A stretch of 64,000 nucleotides of DNA from an uncultured Verrucomicrobiota bacterium (GCA_964411985.1 CAYPNF010000033.1:14337-78336), one strand, 5' to 3'. Positions 28,859 to 38,712 are shown, counted from the stretch's first letter. Program-made: numbers and translations. Notes: generated by a model not told the origin, from the sequence alone.

Positions 28859-31417
28859 GTGACGACCTACACGTTGTCAGCGCTCGCTGCCTCTCTTTTG
28901 CTCACCATCGTTGCCTTTGGTGCTCCAACGGCCGCCGACTCCTCGTTGCTGCGCCAAGGTGAGGCGGAGCAGGTGACTGCTGCACCTCTCTCCGGGAATA
29001 CCAAGGCGGGCTGGATGCCAAAGGTGATTGTCATGCGGCAGGGCGCTTCGGAACGGGAGTGGTTGGCGGCGAATGAAGTCAGACGCTTCGTCTACCTGCG
29101 CACAGGCAAGCTGCTGCCGGTGAAGAAGGGAGTGACGGGCGGCGACCGGATTGTCGTCTCTTGCAAGAGTCGGCCGTTTTGTGGCGACTTGGGGCAGGAT
29201 CTGGGGGCGCAGCAATTCACTTTGAAGACCGTCCAGGACGCTGACCAGACCACTTGGTGGGTCGTCGGGGGCGATGAAACCGGAACACTGTATGGAGCCT
29301 ACCGGTTTGCAGAGAAGTTAGGGGTTCGGTTCGCTCTGGACGAGGACATCCTCCCGGACGAACCCCTCAACGACGCTTGGCCTTTGCTGGATGAAACCGG
29401 AAAACCACGTTTCTCCCTGCGCGGGCTGCAACCGTTTCACGATTTTTCAGTGGGTCCGGATTGGTGGAATCTGCAGGACTACCAACATGTCCTCTCGCAG
29501 ATGGTGAAGCTGAGGATGAACTTCCTGGGCCTGCATACTTACCCGAGTTGGAATCCATCGACTGGGCCGGAGGCCAACGTCTGGATCGGCTTGCCGGAAG
29601 ACGTGGATGCCAAGGGCAATGTGAAGAGAGCTTATGAGGCTGGCGTGATGACCACCCGAAGGGGGTGGGCGGTGACTCCCTATCCGACCAGCAAGTATGC
29701 CGTGGGTGCCAGCCTGCTGTTTGAGAAGGACGATTATGGCCCCGACTTCATGCTGGATTGCTTGGATTGGCCCAAGACGGAAGACGCTTGCGTGGCGATG
29801 TTCAACCGTTACGGCGATTTCCAGCAGAAGGCATTCAAGCATGCGCGGCGCCTTGGGATCAGCACCTGTATTGGAACAGAGATTCCGCTCGGGGTTCCAC
29901 CCATGCTGGTTGTCCGACTGAAGGCCCAAGGCTTGAACCCTGATGATCCCACCGTCATTCGCCGGTTGTATGAGGGAACGTTCCTCCGGCTGATGCGAAA
30001 AACGCCGGTTGACTATTACTGGCTCTGGACGCCGGAGATCGGCTCGGTCTTGGGGGTTCCCGGTTGGGAGATGGTTACCACCGCCAACTTTGAACGTGAC
30101 CTTGCCCAGGTCGAAGCAGCTGCCAAGGCTGTTCAGGCACCTTTTGCGTTGGCAACGAGCGGCTGGCGCCTGGGCGTGCCCGGTGATCCGCTCTGGATGC
30201 ATCGGAATGCCCCCAAGGTTTGGCCGGCATCTTCGATCAATCCCGAGTGTGGGGGTGCTCCCGTCGAAAAACAATATGGCGAGATGCCCGGGCGCCCCAA
30301 GTGGGCGATCGGATGGGCGGAAGACGATGGTTCCTCCGGCGCCGCTTGTTGCACCTGCTTGGACCTTCAACTCTGGGTGGAGCGGATGTTCCGCGATTCC
30401 TCGGATGCCTTCCGTTATGGTTGTGAAGGCATGATGGCGATCCATTGGCGAACGGCCGCGATCGCGCCCAATATCGCGGCACTAGCCCAGGCCGGCTGGA
30501 ATTATGACGGTTCGACCATTCCAGACACCGCGCCCGCCCTGGACGCTTTCTGGGCTGACTGGGGCCGGGTCATGTTCGGCGGCGGCGCAGGCGCCGAAGC
30601 CGGCCGGATTCTCAAGGACTTCGACGGGAAGCATCCGGAGATAAACTCCCTTTATGATTCCAAGACTACCGACGAACAAATCTCCACCTGCTTTGCGCCG
30701 CTGCAAAGATTGGAATCATTGCGACCCAGCATCCAAGGCACCGGGAATCTGGAACGCTTGGATTACTGGATCGACCAGATCAAGGCGACTCGTGCTCGAG
30801 CACAAACCTGGGTTCTGGCGGAACGTCTCACCGCAAGAATCGGCGAAGCGAATGCGGTCAAAGACCCAAGAGAAAAGACGCGATTTATCCGCGAGCAGGT
30901 GCTTCCATTGAGGTTGGCTGTTGCTCGCAGTCATGAGGAGCCCATCGCGGCCTTCTTGAATGGCACGAAGTCGCCCGGCGAAGTGGGGGTTATCGCCCAC
31001 ATGGAGTACGGTGTCCGCGATCGTCTTGTCTCCTCCCGCGACGCTGCCATCCAGGAGATGCTTGGCGAGCCATTGCCGGCGGAAGCCGCTGTTAACACCG
31101 CTTACCGGGGGAAACCGCGGATCTTCGTCCCGGCTAAACGCACGCAGGTGAATGGCAACGAACCTCAGGAAATGCGAGCCTTTGTGCTTTCGGGCCCCAA
31201 GTGCACCGGCGTAAGCCTTCATTGGCGGGTTTTGGGTGGCGTTGCGTTCAAAACGGTGGCGGCCGCCCGCCGGGCCCGGCAGGCCTATTGCGTCCATCTG
31301 CCGGCGCAGACACGGAACACCTTGGAATATTACCTGGAGGCGTCGCTGGAGGATGGTCAGCGAGTGCGGTGGCCGGCGACAGCCCCGGCGATCAACCAGA
31401 CGGTGATCGCGTGGTGA
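28859..31417 (+). CDS. Secreted glycoside hydrolase-like protein (GH67/GH20-type N-terminal domain, TIM-barrel-like core)
   Basis: GGDETGTLYGAYRF, RGLQPFHDF and KLRMNFLGLH; signal peptide from GTG 28859 preceded by GGGAG (ORF open from 28802). Confidence 0.7.
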   Translation: MTTYTLSALAASLLLTIVAFGAPTAADSSLLRQGEAEQVTAAPLSGNTKAGWMPKVIVMRQGASEREWLAANEVRRFVYLRTGKLLPVKKGVTGGDRIVVSCKSRPFCGDLGQDLGAQQFTLKTVQDADQTTWWVVGGDETGTLYGAYRFAEKLGVRFALDEDILPDEPLNDAWPLLDETGKPRFSLRGLQPFHDFSVGPDWWNLQDYQHVLSQMVKLRMNFLGLHTYPSWNPSTGPEANVWIGLPEDVDAKGNVKRAYEAGVMTTRRGWAVTPYPTSKYAVGASLLFEKDDYGPDFMLDCLDWPKTEDACVAMFNRYGDFQQKAFKHARRLGISTCIGTEIPLGVPPMLVVRLKAQGLNPDDPTVIRRLYEGTFLRLMRKTPVDYYWLWTPEIGSVLGVPGWEMVTTANFERDLAQVEAAAKAVQAPFALATSGWRLGVPGDPLWMHRNAPKVWPASSINPECGGAPVEKQYGEMPGRPKWAIGWAEDDGSSGAACCTCLDLQLWVERMFRDSSDAFRYGCEGMMAIHWRTAAIAPNIAALAQAGWNYDGSTIPDTAPALDAFWADWGRVMFGGGAGAEAGRILKDFDGKHPEINSLYDSKTTDEQISTCFAPLQRLESLRPSIQGTGNLERLDYWIDQIKATRARAQTWVLAERLTARIGEANAVKDPREKTRFIREQVLPLRLAVARSHEEPIAAFLNGTKSPGEVGVIAHMEYGVRDRLVSSRDAAIQEMLGEPLPAEAAVNTAYRGKPRIFVPAKRTQVNGNEPQEMRAFVLSGPKCTGVSLHWRVLGGVAFKTVAAARRARQAYCVHLPAQTRNTLEYYLEASLEDGQRVRWPATAPAINQTVIAW

Positions 31418-31504
31418 CTAAGGCGCGCAGAGACATGCCTCACGTCGCAAAGATTTGGCTCTACAATGCACCCCAATGAGTTTGACTTACCGATAGCACG
31501 ATTT

Positions 31505-32914
31505 ATGACGCATCCTAAGACCAACCGTCGGCAATTCCTACGCCTTACCGCTAAAACCGCCCTCTGCGCAGCCTTGGCCCCGATGTATTATCCCGGACGC
31601 CTTTTCGGGGCTGGAAGCGCGAATGGTAAGCTGAATATCGCCTGTGTCGGTTTGGGTGGCCAGATGCATGCACTCATGCAGGACCTGGTGCTCTTCGGGG
31701 ATACGAACCACATCGTTGCACTGTGTGACGTCAGCACGGAGCAAGTCGCCGTCCGACGCAAAGCATTTGGCAGTGCTGTAGCCGGCGCCAAAGAATACCA
31801 GGATTATCGGCTGATGCTGGAGCGTGAGAAATCCCTGGACGCTGTGGTGATCGCCACCCCTGACCACTGGCATGCGGCCATTTCGGCGGCTACGATGAAA
31901 GCCGGCAAACACGTTTATTGCGAGAAACCCTTGACACATACCATCGGGGAGGCTCGGGAGATTGGAAACCTGGCAAGGAAATCCAAGGTGGTGACGCAAA
32001 CCGGTAACCAGGGCAGTGCGTCGGCGAATTTCCGCCGCAGCATGGAATTAGTCCGGGCAGGTCTCCTAGGGAAGGTGAGCGAGGTTCACATCTGGCACCC
32101 GCCTCACGGCTGGCCTTGCGGTATGGATATCCCGCTGAGTCCCGAGCCGATCCCTGAAGGTCTCAATTGGGACTTCTGGCTTGGCCCTGCACCGGCTCGG
32201 CCCTACAAACAGGGACTCTATCACCCGGGGGCGTGGCGCGGGTGGTACGACTTTGGGGGCGGTTCGTTGGCGGACTTTTGCTGCCATGCCTTCAGCCTGC
32301 CGGTGCGTGCTTTGGACTTGGACTATCCCACTCGCATTGAGGTTTCGGGCACACCGCTGGCTAAGGCGAGCTTCCCGAAGGAGTGCGTGGTTCATTTTCA
32401 CTTTTCGGCACGCGGAGACCGCGGTCCGGTGACGATCCACTTCTATAGCGGAGGGATGAAGGAACGGACTGTCCTGCCGCCCCCTGGGGTGACCGACGGG
32501 ATGACTGAAACCTTTAACGAGATTCCGTCCACGGGATGCCTCCTGGTGGGTGAGAAGGGAGTGATTTCGGCTGGCCTTTGGAATAACGAATGTTTCCTCA
32601 AGATGCAGGGGGAAAAAGCCTTTCAACATGCCGCCAATCATGATGCTGCAAAGAGGGTGCCCATCACCTTGCCGCGCGCTCCCAAGGAGCGGCATATGCT
32701 GGAGTGGCTGGAAGCCTGCCGCGGCAACGGGAAGACCTTCTCGCCGTTCGAGATTGGTGGGCACGTGACGGAAGTGGGCGCCGCCGGCCTCATCCCGCTC
32801 CGGTTGGGGCATGGCATGGATTGGAACGGCAAGAAGATGGTAGCCAAAGGCCTGCCCCAGACCGCGCTGTGGATCAAGCCCCAACATCGTGGGGAGTGGG
32901 GGCTGAAGAGTTGA
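31505..32914 (+). CDS. Tat-exported Gfo/Idh/MocA family oxidoreductase
   Basis: NRRQFL Tat motif, CVGLGG, ATPDHWH, CEKPL and WDFWLGPAP. Confidence 0.92.
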   Translation: MTHPKTNRRQFLRLTAKTALCAALAPMYYPGRLFGAGSANGKLNIACVGLGGQMHALMQDLVLFGDTNHIVALCDVSTEQVAVRRKAFGSAVAGAKEYQDYRLMLEREKSLDAVVIATPDHWHAAISAATMKAGKHVYCEKPLTHTIGEAREIGNLARKSKVVTQTGNQGSASANFRRSMELVRAGLLGKVSEVHIWHPPHGWPCGMDIPLSPEPIPEGLNWDFWLGPAPARPYKQGLYHPGAWRGWYDFGGGSLADFCCHAFSLPVRALDLDYPTRIEVSGTPLAKASFPKECVVHFHFSARGDRGPVTIHFYSGGMKERTVLPPPGVTDGMTETFNEIPSTGCLLVGEKGVISAGLWNNECFLKMQGEKAFQHAANHDAAKRVPITLPRAPKERHMLEWLEACRGNGKTFSPFEIGGHVTEVGAAGLIPLRLGHGMDWNGKKMVAKGLPQTALWIKPQHRGEWGLKS

Positions 32915-32998
32915 CGCCGCCGTGCGGAGTCGCTGCCGCCAGTTTCCCAAGCTACGGTTGCGGGGGGATATCGTCCCGTTTCTTCCACGAGCGAACTT

Positions 32999-33952
32999 TT
33001 ATCTGGTCAGAGGATGCTCCATGAAGAAACTCCACATGAATCGAGTGGCGTCGATGTCTGGCGTGGTCTTGCCGACGATGAACTCGGCCATCGGTTTCCC
33101 CCCAGGCCAGGTGTGTCCACCCCCGGTTGCGGCATAGAAGACAACATCAGCGTGGTTGGTCCCGCCTGGATACAGCACTCCACTTACCGAACCGCTCCCA
33201 GCCAAAGGAACGGCATTGGTCTGACAACCGTTGTGCTCCGCCAGCGCCAGCACCCATTGGGGAATATCCGGAAGCATGAGGAAACGGCCTGACGACCTGG
33301 GGTGAAATGGGACAATCGGATCCTCGGTCCCGTGGAAGATAATCGCTGGGACTGGCCGCTTGGGCTTGTAGTCAGTCCACGGTAGCCCATAGGCTCCGGC
33401 CACGCCGCCAATCGCTGCGATGCGCTCCGATAACCTGCAGGCCAAAAGGAAGGACATGCCTCCGCCATTGGATAACCCGTTTGCATAAATGCGGGCTTCG
33501 TCAATGTTGTGTTCCTTTTTCAACTGGTCGATGAGGTCGGAAATGAACTGCACATCCTGGGCCTGTTCCTCCTGTTTGCCGAAACCGCCACCGCAACGCC
33601 AACGAAAGGGAAAACCACTAGCGCGGGGATACACGACTAGGAAGCCGAATTCGTCCGCTAACTGGTTCCAATGGCTTAATCGCATCACGTGAGCAGGCCA
33701 CTCCGCGAACCCATGGAGGCAGATGACCAAAGGCACTGGGCGGTCGCTCGGAAGTATCTTAGGCACGTGCAGCAGGTAGGCTCGCTTCTGGCCGCCCGTC
33801 AGCAATTTACCGTTGGAGCGATGCAGTTCCCAATAGCTTGCCCCTACGGACACCCCGACCCCAAGAACCAGCGAGACGAGTATGCGCCGCAACCACTTCC
33901 GCCAACGCTTTCGCTTGGCTGTTTGCGCTTGTTCCGTTCCTGCTGGTTTCAT
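32999..33952 (-). CDS. PHB-depolymerase/LpqC-like alpha/beta-hydrolase esterase
   Basis: LHG, GLSNGG nucleophile elbow, HGTEDPIVP and GGGHTWPG; N-terminal TM segment. Confidence 0.88.
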   Translation of the reverse strand: MKPAGTEQAQTAKRKRWRKWLRRILVSLVLGVGVSVGASYWELHRSNGKLLTGGQKRAYLLHVPKILPSDRPVPLVICLHGFAEWPAHVMRLSHWNQLADEFGFLVVYPRASGFPFRWRCGGGFGKQEEQAQDVQFISDLIDQLKKEHNIDEARIYANGLSNGGGMSFLLACRLSERIAAIGGVAGAYGLPWTDYKPKRPVPAIIFHGTEDPIVPFHPRSSGRFLMLPDIPQWVLALAEHNGCQTNAVPLAGSGSVSGVLYPGGTNHADVVFYAATGGGHTWPGGKPMAEFIVGKTTPDIDATRFMWSFFMEHPLTR

Positions 33953-34105
33953 GCTCTGCAAGGTTGCAATACGAAAGGGCTTTGAGGGAAATAAGTCCAG
34001 AACGTGATTTTCGCCTCCTCACCTCCCCTTGTCCTTTGCCGAGGGGTCCCTGGCCCGCTGGAGACGGTTGACTTCCTGACCGGTTGAGCGGCTATTCTTG
34101 GACCG

Positions 34106-34270
34106 CCTCGGCCTGCTCTCAAGGCATTTGTCAACCTGCGGGTCCAATCGGCAAGGTTGCAATTGGAAGGAAAGACGAATGGTTTTGTGCCACGGGAGGT
34201 TGGGCCGCGCCCCGGCCGCCCCCCCGGGGGGCCTAGACCTGTGGCCCCGACGCCTAGCAGTTCTCCTTAG
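34106..34270 (+). repeat. Diverged second copy of the CotH 3' end (partner of 28403-28555)
   Basis: Translates PRPALKAFVNLRVQSARLQLEGKTNGFVPREVGPRPGRPPGGPRPVAPTPSSSP*, versus SRPALKAFIDQRVHSAMLQLEGKMNGLVPREVGPRPGGPRPVASPPTNAP*. Confidence 0.88.
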
Positions 34271-34708
34271 AACAGCCAGGCTGTAAGGACTTTGGGGCCA
34301 AACCCAACCGCTCAGGAGACGCCGACATCCTGCGCACGGCGAATCGGGTTCCCTTCTATCTGCGGACAAAAGCGTTCGGGGAGGCGGCAGCGCATCCTCG
34401 ATCTCTGGAAATCGTGAGGGTGGTTGTAGGGGCCGAGAGTCGTTGGTAGGGTTGATGCTCAAATCTACCAGTATGCAAAGTACCCTCTTGCGCGCTCAAA
34501 CCTTTTTCGCCGAGTCTGATTCCAACTGCTGCCTGATATGCGGAAAGCCTCCGCAACTAGAGAAAACTCTTTGAATTTTGCGAGCAGCGAGTTATTTACT
34601 GCTCTTATGTGGTGGGTGATACGAAGGAAGAGCGCGCGAGCACATGCTGACGACCACCTGCCGTGGACTGGTGTCATGCCAGGGTACGTCATTGCGAATC
34701 AAACTCTG

Positions 34709-36586
34709 ATGAAGCCTCCACAGACGAGCTGCCTGCCCAGCTGGATGGTCGCTTTTGCCCTGTTGCTCCTCACTCCGCATGCCATTTCCGCAACCATCCT
34801 CACCGTAGAGAACCTGAATGATGGCGGGCTCGGCTCACTCAGGCAGGTCGTGATCGACGCAGCGTCCGGGGATACGATCCAATTTGCAGTTGTTGGAGAG
34901 ATTGTCCTCACGGGCGGAGAGATGGTCATTACCAAGAACTTAAGCATCATTGGCCCAGGCGCGACGAACCTGTCGGTCAGCGGTAATCACGCCAGCCGTA
35001 TCTTTGTTATCGGCGCTGGGAAAACCGTAAGCATTTCCGGCCTCACCCTCCGTGATGGCCACGCGCCAGATGGGACTCCGGGCAACAACGGTGTTTCCAG
35101 CACCTACCCGCGTGTTTCTATCTCACCGACCAGCGGTAGCCCGGGGGCTGACGGTGGTGGTATCTACAATGCGGGAAGTTTGACTCTCGATTCCTGCTCG
35201 CTCGCAGACAATCAAGCGGGTGCGGGAGGTGCTGGGGGAGCAGGAGGTTACGTCTACTACCCAGACCGCTTCACCGGCGGTAACGGAGGAGAAGGCGGAA
35301 AGGGTGGAGCCATCTACAATCTTGGTTCCGTGACCCTGACCGCCTGCACACTCAGCGGCAATGCGGCTGGCGCGGGCGGTTGGGGTGGCTCAGGGAGCAC
35401 TAGCTACGATTTTGGAGGGTCAGGCGGCGCGGGAGCCTTGGGAGGATCAGGCGGCGGTATCTACAACCTTGGCACCCTGACTCTCGCTTCCTGTACCCTG
35501 AGCTCCAATGTAGCAGGAGCGGGAGGTGCTGGGGGTCCGGGTAAGGCAGCAGGCAGCGGAGGCGGCAATGGCGGCGCTGCGGGTGCAGGCGGCAGCGGAG
35601 GCGCCGTCTATACCACCACCGCTGTCGCGCTGAGCTCCTGCACGATCGCGGATAACGATGCAGGAGACGGAGGTGCTGGAGGCACTGGATCCAACTTCGC
35701 GACCAATGGTGGAGCAGGTGGAGCGGGTGGCAACGGCGGGGGCATCTGCAGAACCTCCAGCGCGGCCGTTGTGAGTCTGCGCAACTGTCTGACTGCCCTG
35801 AACAGCAAAGGCGCGGGTGGCGCGGGTGGAATCCTCGCGAATGGCAGTTCGGGCTCGCCCGGTGCAGCGGGCGCTGCTGGATCGGGCAACGATCTCTACG
35901 GCACCTACACTTCTCAAACCCATAACTTGTTGGGACAATCCGATGGCAGCACTGGCTTCGCCAACGGCGTGAAAAGCGATCTTGTGGGAAGCAGCGCCAG
36001 CCCTCTCAATCCAGTGATAGGTCCGCTTGCCGACAATCACGGCCCAACGCTCACCAGGGCCCTTCTCCACGGCAGCCCTGCTGTGGACGCTGGTGACGAC
36101 ACATTAACCGGCCTTGACCAGCGCGGTTACCCACGCAAGTACGGCGCTCACGTCGATATCGGAGCCTACGAGTGGAATGCGGCCTCCTTCTCTGCGCCCA
36201 CCGTGGAGGCAGCCTCCGGAACCGTCCTCAACGACGCAGTCACTTTCTTCTCGAGCATTGCGCTCAGCACAACCGTCAACCCGAACGGTCTCGACGCCAG
36301 CGTGCACATACAATATGGCCTCACCACCGCCTATGGAGCCATCAGCTCAGCCGTAACCACTGGGTACACCAGCGTAAACGTGCCAGTGACCATAACTGTG
36401 GGTGCCTTGGCTCCGGGACATACGTATCATTATCGAGTGGTAGCGGAAAGCCTGGCTGGCACAAGTTACGGCCCAGACCAGACACTCGTCACCACTCCAG
36501 CCGGCGACATGAACGGCGATGGCATGGTGGACCTAAACGAGCTGAATCAGGTTATTCAAAACTACCGGCGGGGTGTCTCCCCGTAG
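34709..36586 (+). CDS. Secreted Gly-rich beta-helix protein with choice-of-anchor-Q-like domain, FN3-like domain and terminal dockerin-like Ca loop
   Basis: Signal peptide, GSLRQ, GGGIYN/GGAIYN repeats, LADNHGPT...SPAVDAG...DQRG...DIGAYE, TYHYRVVA, GDMNGDGMVDLNEL; start ATG 34709. Confidence 0.85.
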   Translation: MKPPQTSCLPSWMVAFALLLLTPHAISATILTVENLNDGGLGSLRQVVIDAASGDTIQFAVVGEIVLTGGEMVITKNLSIIGPGATNLSVSGNHASRIFVIGAGKTVSISGLTLRDGHAPDGTPGNNGVSSTYPRVSISPTSGSPGADGGGIYNAGSLTLDSCSLADNQAGAGGAGGAGGYVYYPDRFTGGNGGEGGKGGAIYNLGSVTLTACTLSGNAAGAGGWGGSGSTSYDFGGSGGAGALGGSGGGIYNLGTLTLASCTLSSNVAGAGGAGGPGKAAGSGGGNGGAAGAGGSGGAVYTTTAVALSSCTIADNDAGDGGAGGTGSNFATNGGAGGAGGNGGGICRTSSAAVVSLRNCLTALNSKGAGGAGGILANGSSGSPGAAGAAGSGNDLYGTYTSQTHNLLGQSDGSTGFANGVKSDLVGSSASPLNPVIGPLADNHGPTLTRALLHGSPAVDAGDDTLTGLDQRGYPRKYGAHVDIGAYEWNAASFSAPTVEAASGTVLNDAVTFFSSIALSTTVNPNGLDASVHIQYGLTTAYGAISSAVTTGYTSVNVPVTITVGALAPGHTYHYRVVAESLAGTSYGPDQTLVTTPAGDMNGDGMVDLNELNQVIQNYRRGVSP

Positions 36587-36610
36587 GGACGTCGTCCAGA
36601 CCGATTGCCG

Positions 36611-37675
36611 ATGGCCAACACCACCAAACCCAGGTTCCGTAATGCTGCGATGAAAGTCGGCAGGTCCAGGAAGACGGGCTCCTACGAGTCTGGGGCAGGA
36701 TTTCGACATCACCTGCTCCAGTTAATGCTCGCGCCCCTGTTTCTGTTTGCAGCCCCCCAATTCGCAGGCGCGTTAGAGTTTCATATAGGCATGGGATCGA
36801 CGACTCCAGGCCATACCATGGTGATCCCGATTCTGGCCTCTGGGGCGCCAGCCAATCTCAGCGCCTTCTGCATATTCTTGACGAACAGCCCGCCCCTGGG
36901 GCTGCCAACCGTTGGTCCTGGATCCGCCCAACCCAATCTCGTGGCGTTTGTGGATGACTTCGGCGGCGGAGTGTTTCGCCTCACCTGTTTCGTCACCAAC
37001 GACCCGCCCATACAAGACGGCGAGCTGGCGTCGCTCAGCTATTCAGTCCCCCACGGCACCCCACCCGGCCGTTATCCACTTGAGTTGCCCGATCCACCCA
37101 GTTCAGCCCCACCCGGCCCGAACCCCGAATCCCGCGCTCTAGGAACTAGTGAGCTCATCGCCAGCATCGGGTCCGGCACCCAATTCGAGATCACTCCGGC
37201 GATCCTCGGCTCGAGTCCCACTCGAATCCGCTCCGCAGGAATGACCCTGAAGATCCCCCTAGCGGATCTGGTGACGGAGGTGGATCACAATCCGTTGACG
37301 CTCCACTTCGGGGCGAGCGTGCAAGGGGCCATTTTGTCGGCGGATGACAAATATGTCTACTACCGCCCTGTCAACCAGAGTGATGACATCTTCACCTACA
37401 CCGCGAGCAATGGACTGGGCGATTCCACGTCTGGCGCCGTCACAGTGCAGGTCCTCCAGGTAGGTGGGTTAGCCCAAACCGTAAGCAGCATCGGCAGCGA
37501 GGTCACCATCCGCTTTGCGGGGATCCCCGGATATACCTATGAGGTACAATTCTCCTCCGACCTTGCCGGGGCTTGGGCGACCGTGGCGACCATAACGGCC
37601 CCAGTGGACGGAGTGTTTACCTTCACTGACACCCCCCCCAGCGGTCTCGCCTTTTATCGGTTGGCCCAACATTGA
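36611..37675 (+). CDS. Secreted protein with cohesin-like domain, Ig/cadherin-like domain and C-terminal FYRL module
   Basis: TTPGHTMVIPI...GELASLSYSVPHGTPPGRYPL (cohesin-like), DIFTYTASNG, and FAGIPGYTYEVQFSSDL...FTDT...FYRL; start uncertain (36605-36725). Confidence 0.72.
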   Translation: MANTTKPRFRNAAMKVGRSRKTGSYESGAGFRHHLLQLMLAPLFLFAAPQFAGALEFHIGMGSTTPGHTMVIPILASGAPANLSAFCIFLTNSPPLGLPTVGPGSAQPNLVAFVDDFGGGVFRLTCFVTNDPPIQDGELASLSYSVPHGTPPGRYPLELPDPPSSAPPGPNPESRALGTSELIASIGSGTQFEITPAILGSSPTRIRSAGMTLKIPLADLVTEVDHNPLTLHFGASVQGAILSADDKYVYYRPVNQSDDIFTYTASNGLGDSTSGAVTVQVLQVGGLAQTVSSIGSEVTIRFAGIPGYTYEVQFSSDLAGAWATVATITAPVDGVFTFTDTPPSGLAFYRLAQH

Positions 37676-37683
37676 TTCCCGTT

Positions 37684-38379
37684 ATGAAACTCAATCCCCT
37701 GGTTTGGCTAGCCCTCTGCGCCCCTGTCCACGCCGCCATCTTCGAGGAGACATTCACGAGCGGGTTTCTCAACAACGGACGGGTCCCTGATGGCAACGTT
37801 GCGGGGTGGAACGATACCAGGCTCTTTCCGGGCGTGGTTCCAGGCGACATTTCCGAGGTAAGCGTCAGCCTGGACCTTACGGGGGGATTTAACGGCGATT
37901 TGTATGCCTACCTCAGCCATGACGGCGTCCTGGTCCCCTTGCTCAACCGGGTGGGTGTCGCTGCGACCTCCCCCAGCAGCGATTTCGGTTATTCCGACGC
38001 TGGCCTCAAAGTCACTTTCAGCCATGCCGCGGACCTTGATGTGCATTATTATGGCCGCTGCAGCCCCGCCTTCGCCGACGGCCAGTTGACCGGGATGTGG
38101 CAGCCAGATGGCCGAACGCTCGACCCCATGTCGGCGCCCATCGAGTTTGACCTTGCCACCCCTGCCCGGATCTCGTTGGACTCCCTGCTTGGCCTGGATC
38201 CCACTGCATCATGGACCCTGTTTATCGCTGACCTGTCTGCGGGTGGGGAGCAAACCCAAGTGCGCAGCTGGGGACTGAACATCGTGGCGGTACCGGAGCC
38301 AGCACGTCTTCTCTCGTTGGCATCCCTGAGCCTCTTGGCTTGGGCATGTTTCCGATACCGCCGCCCCAACGATTCCTGA
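37684..38379 (+). CDS. PEP-CTERM protein with proprotein-convertase P-like domain
   Basis: Signal peptide, VSLDLTGGFNGDLYAYL, WTLFIADLS, and VPEP-hydrophobic-RYRR sorting signal. Confidence 0.88.
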   Translation: MKLNPLVWLALCAPVHAAIFEETFTSGFLNNGRVPDGNVAGWNDTRLFPGVVPGDISEVSVSLDLTGGFNGDLYAYLSHDGVLVPLLNRVGVAATSPSSDFGYSDAGLKVTFSHAADLDVHYYGRCSPAFADGQLTGMWQPDGRTLDPMSAPIEFDLATPARISLDSLLGLDPTASWTLFIADLSAGGEQTQVRSWGLNIVAVPEPARLLSLASLSLLAWACFRYRRPNDS

Positions 38380-38478
38380 GAAGGCGATCCAGTCCGGTGA
38401 TGCCGCGTCATTGGAGGGCTCCAAATTGCGTGCTTGCGGCGATGGCGGAGTTCAGTGTACTACTGTATCACCAAATGG

Positions 38479-38565
38479 GCCGACGTGGCGGAATTGGCAG
38501 ACGCGCTAGACTCAAAATCTGGTACTCGTGAGAGTGTGTGGGTTCGACCCCCTCCGTCGGCACCA
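38479..38565 (+). tRNA. tRNA-Leu (anticodon CAA)
   Basis: GCCGACG/CGTCGGC acceptor stem, GGAATTGGCAGAC D arm, CTAGA-CTCAAAA-TCTGG anticodon arm, long variable arm, GGTTCGA T loop, encoded CCA. Confidence 0.97.
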
Positions 38566-38681
38566 TATTGACAAGGACTTACAAAAGTTGTGTGACCATT
38601 TCCATTGCTGGCCGTCTTCCTTGCAGCGTTGGACGTGATGTGAAAGCCACCGGCGGGTGGCTATGAGTTGAACGCAGTCCC

Positions 38682-38712
38682 GACCGGGGCAGTTGCCCGG
38701 TCTGTTCTTCTT
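38682..38712 (+). terminator. Probable intrinsic terminator after the tRNA
   Basis: GACCGGG-gcagttg-CCCGGTC stem followed by TGTTCTTCTT. Confidence 0.55.

Noticed and set aside
28403-34270. CotH 3' duplicate as a DGR TR/VR pair
   Set aside because: Mismatches include C/T and T/G changes and an indel, so they are not adenine-specific.
34290-34700. Long leader as a riboswitch or ncRNA
   Set aside because: No recognisable aptamer consensus by eye; an Rfam/Infernal scan would be needed.
17443-36586. Stop-codon reassignment suggested by three in-frame stops (17443 TAA, 27725 TAA, 36584 TAG)
   Set aside because: TAA and TAG end many intact genes here, and the gene after 36586 has its own signal peptide; decay or chance explains the pattern.
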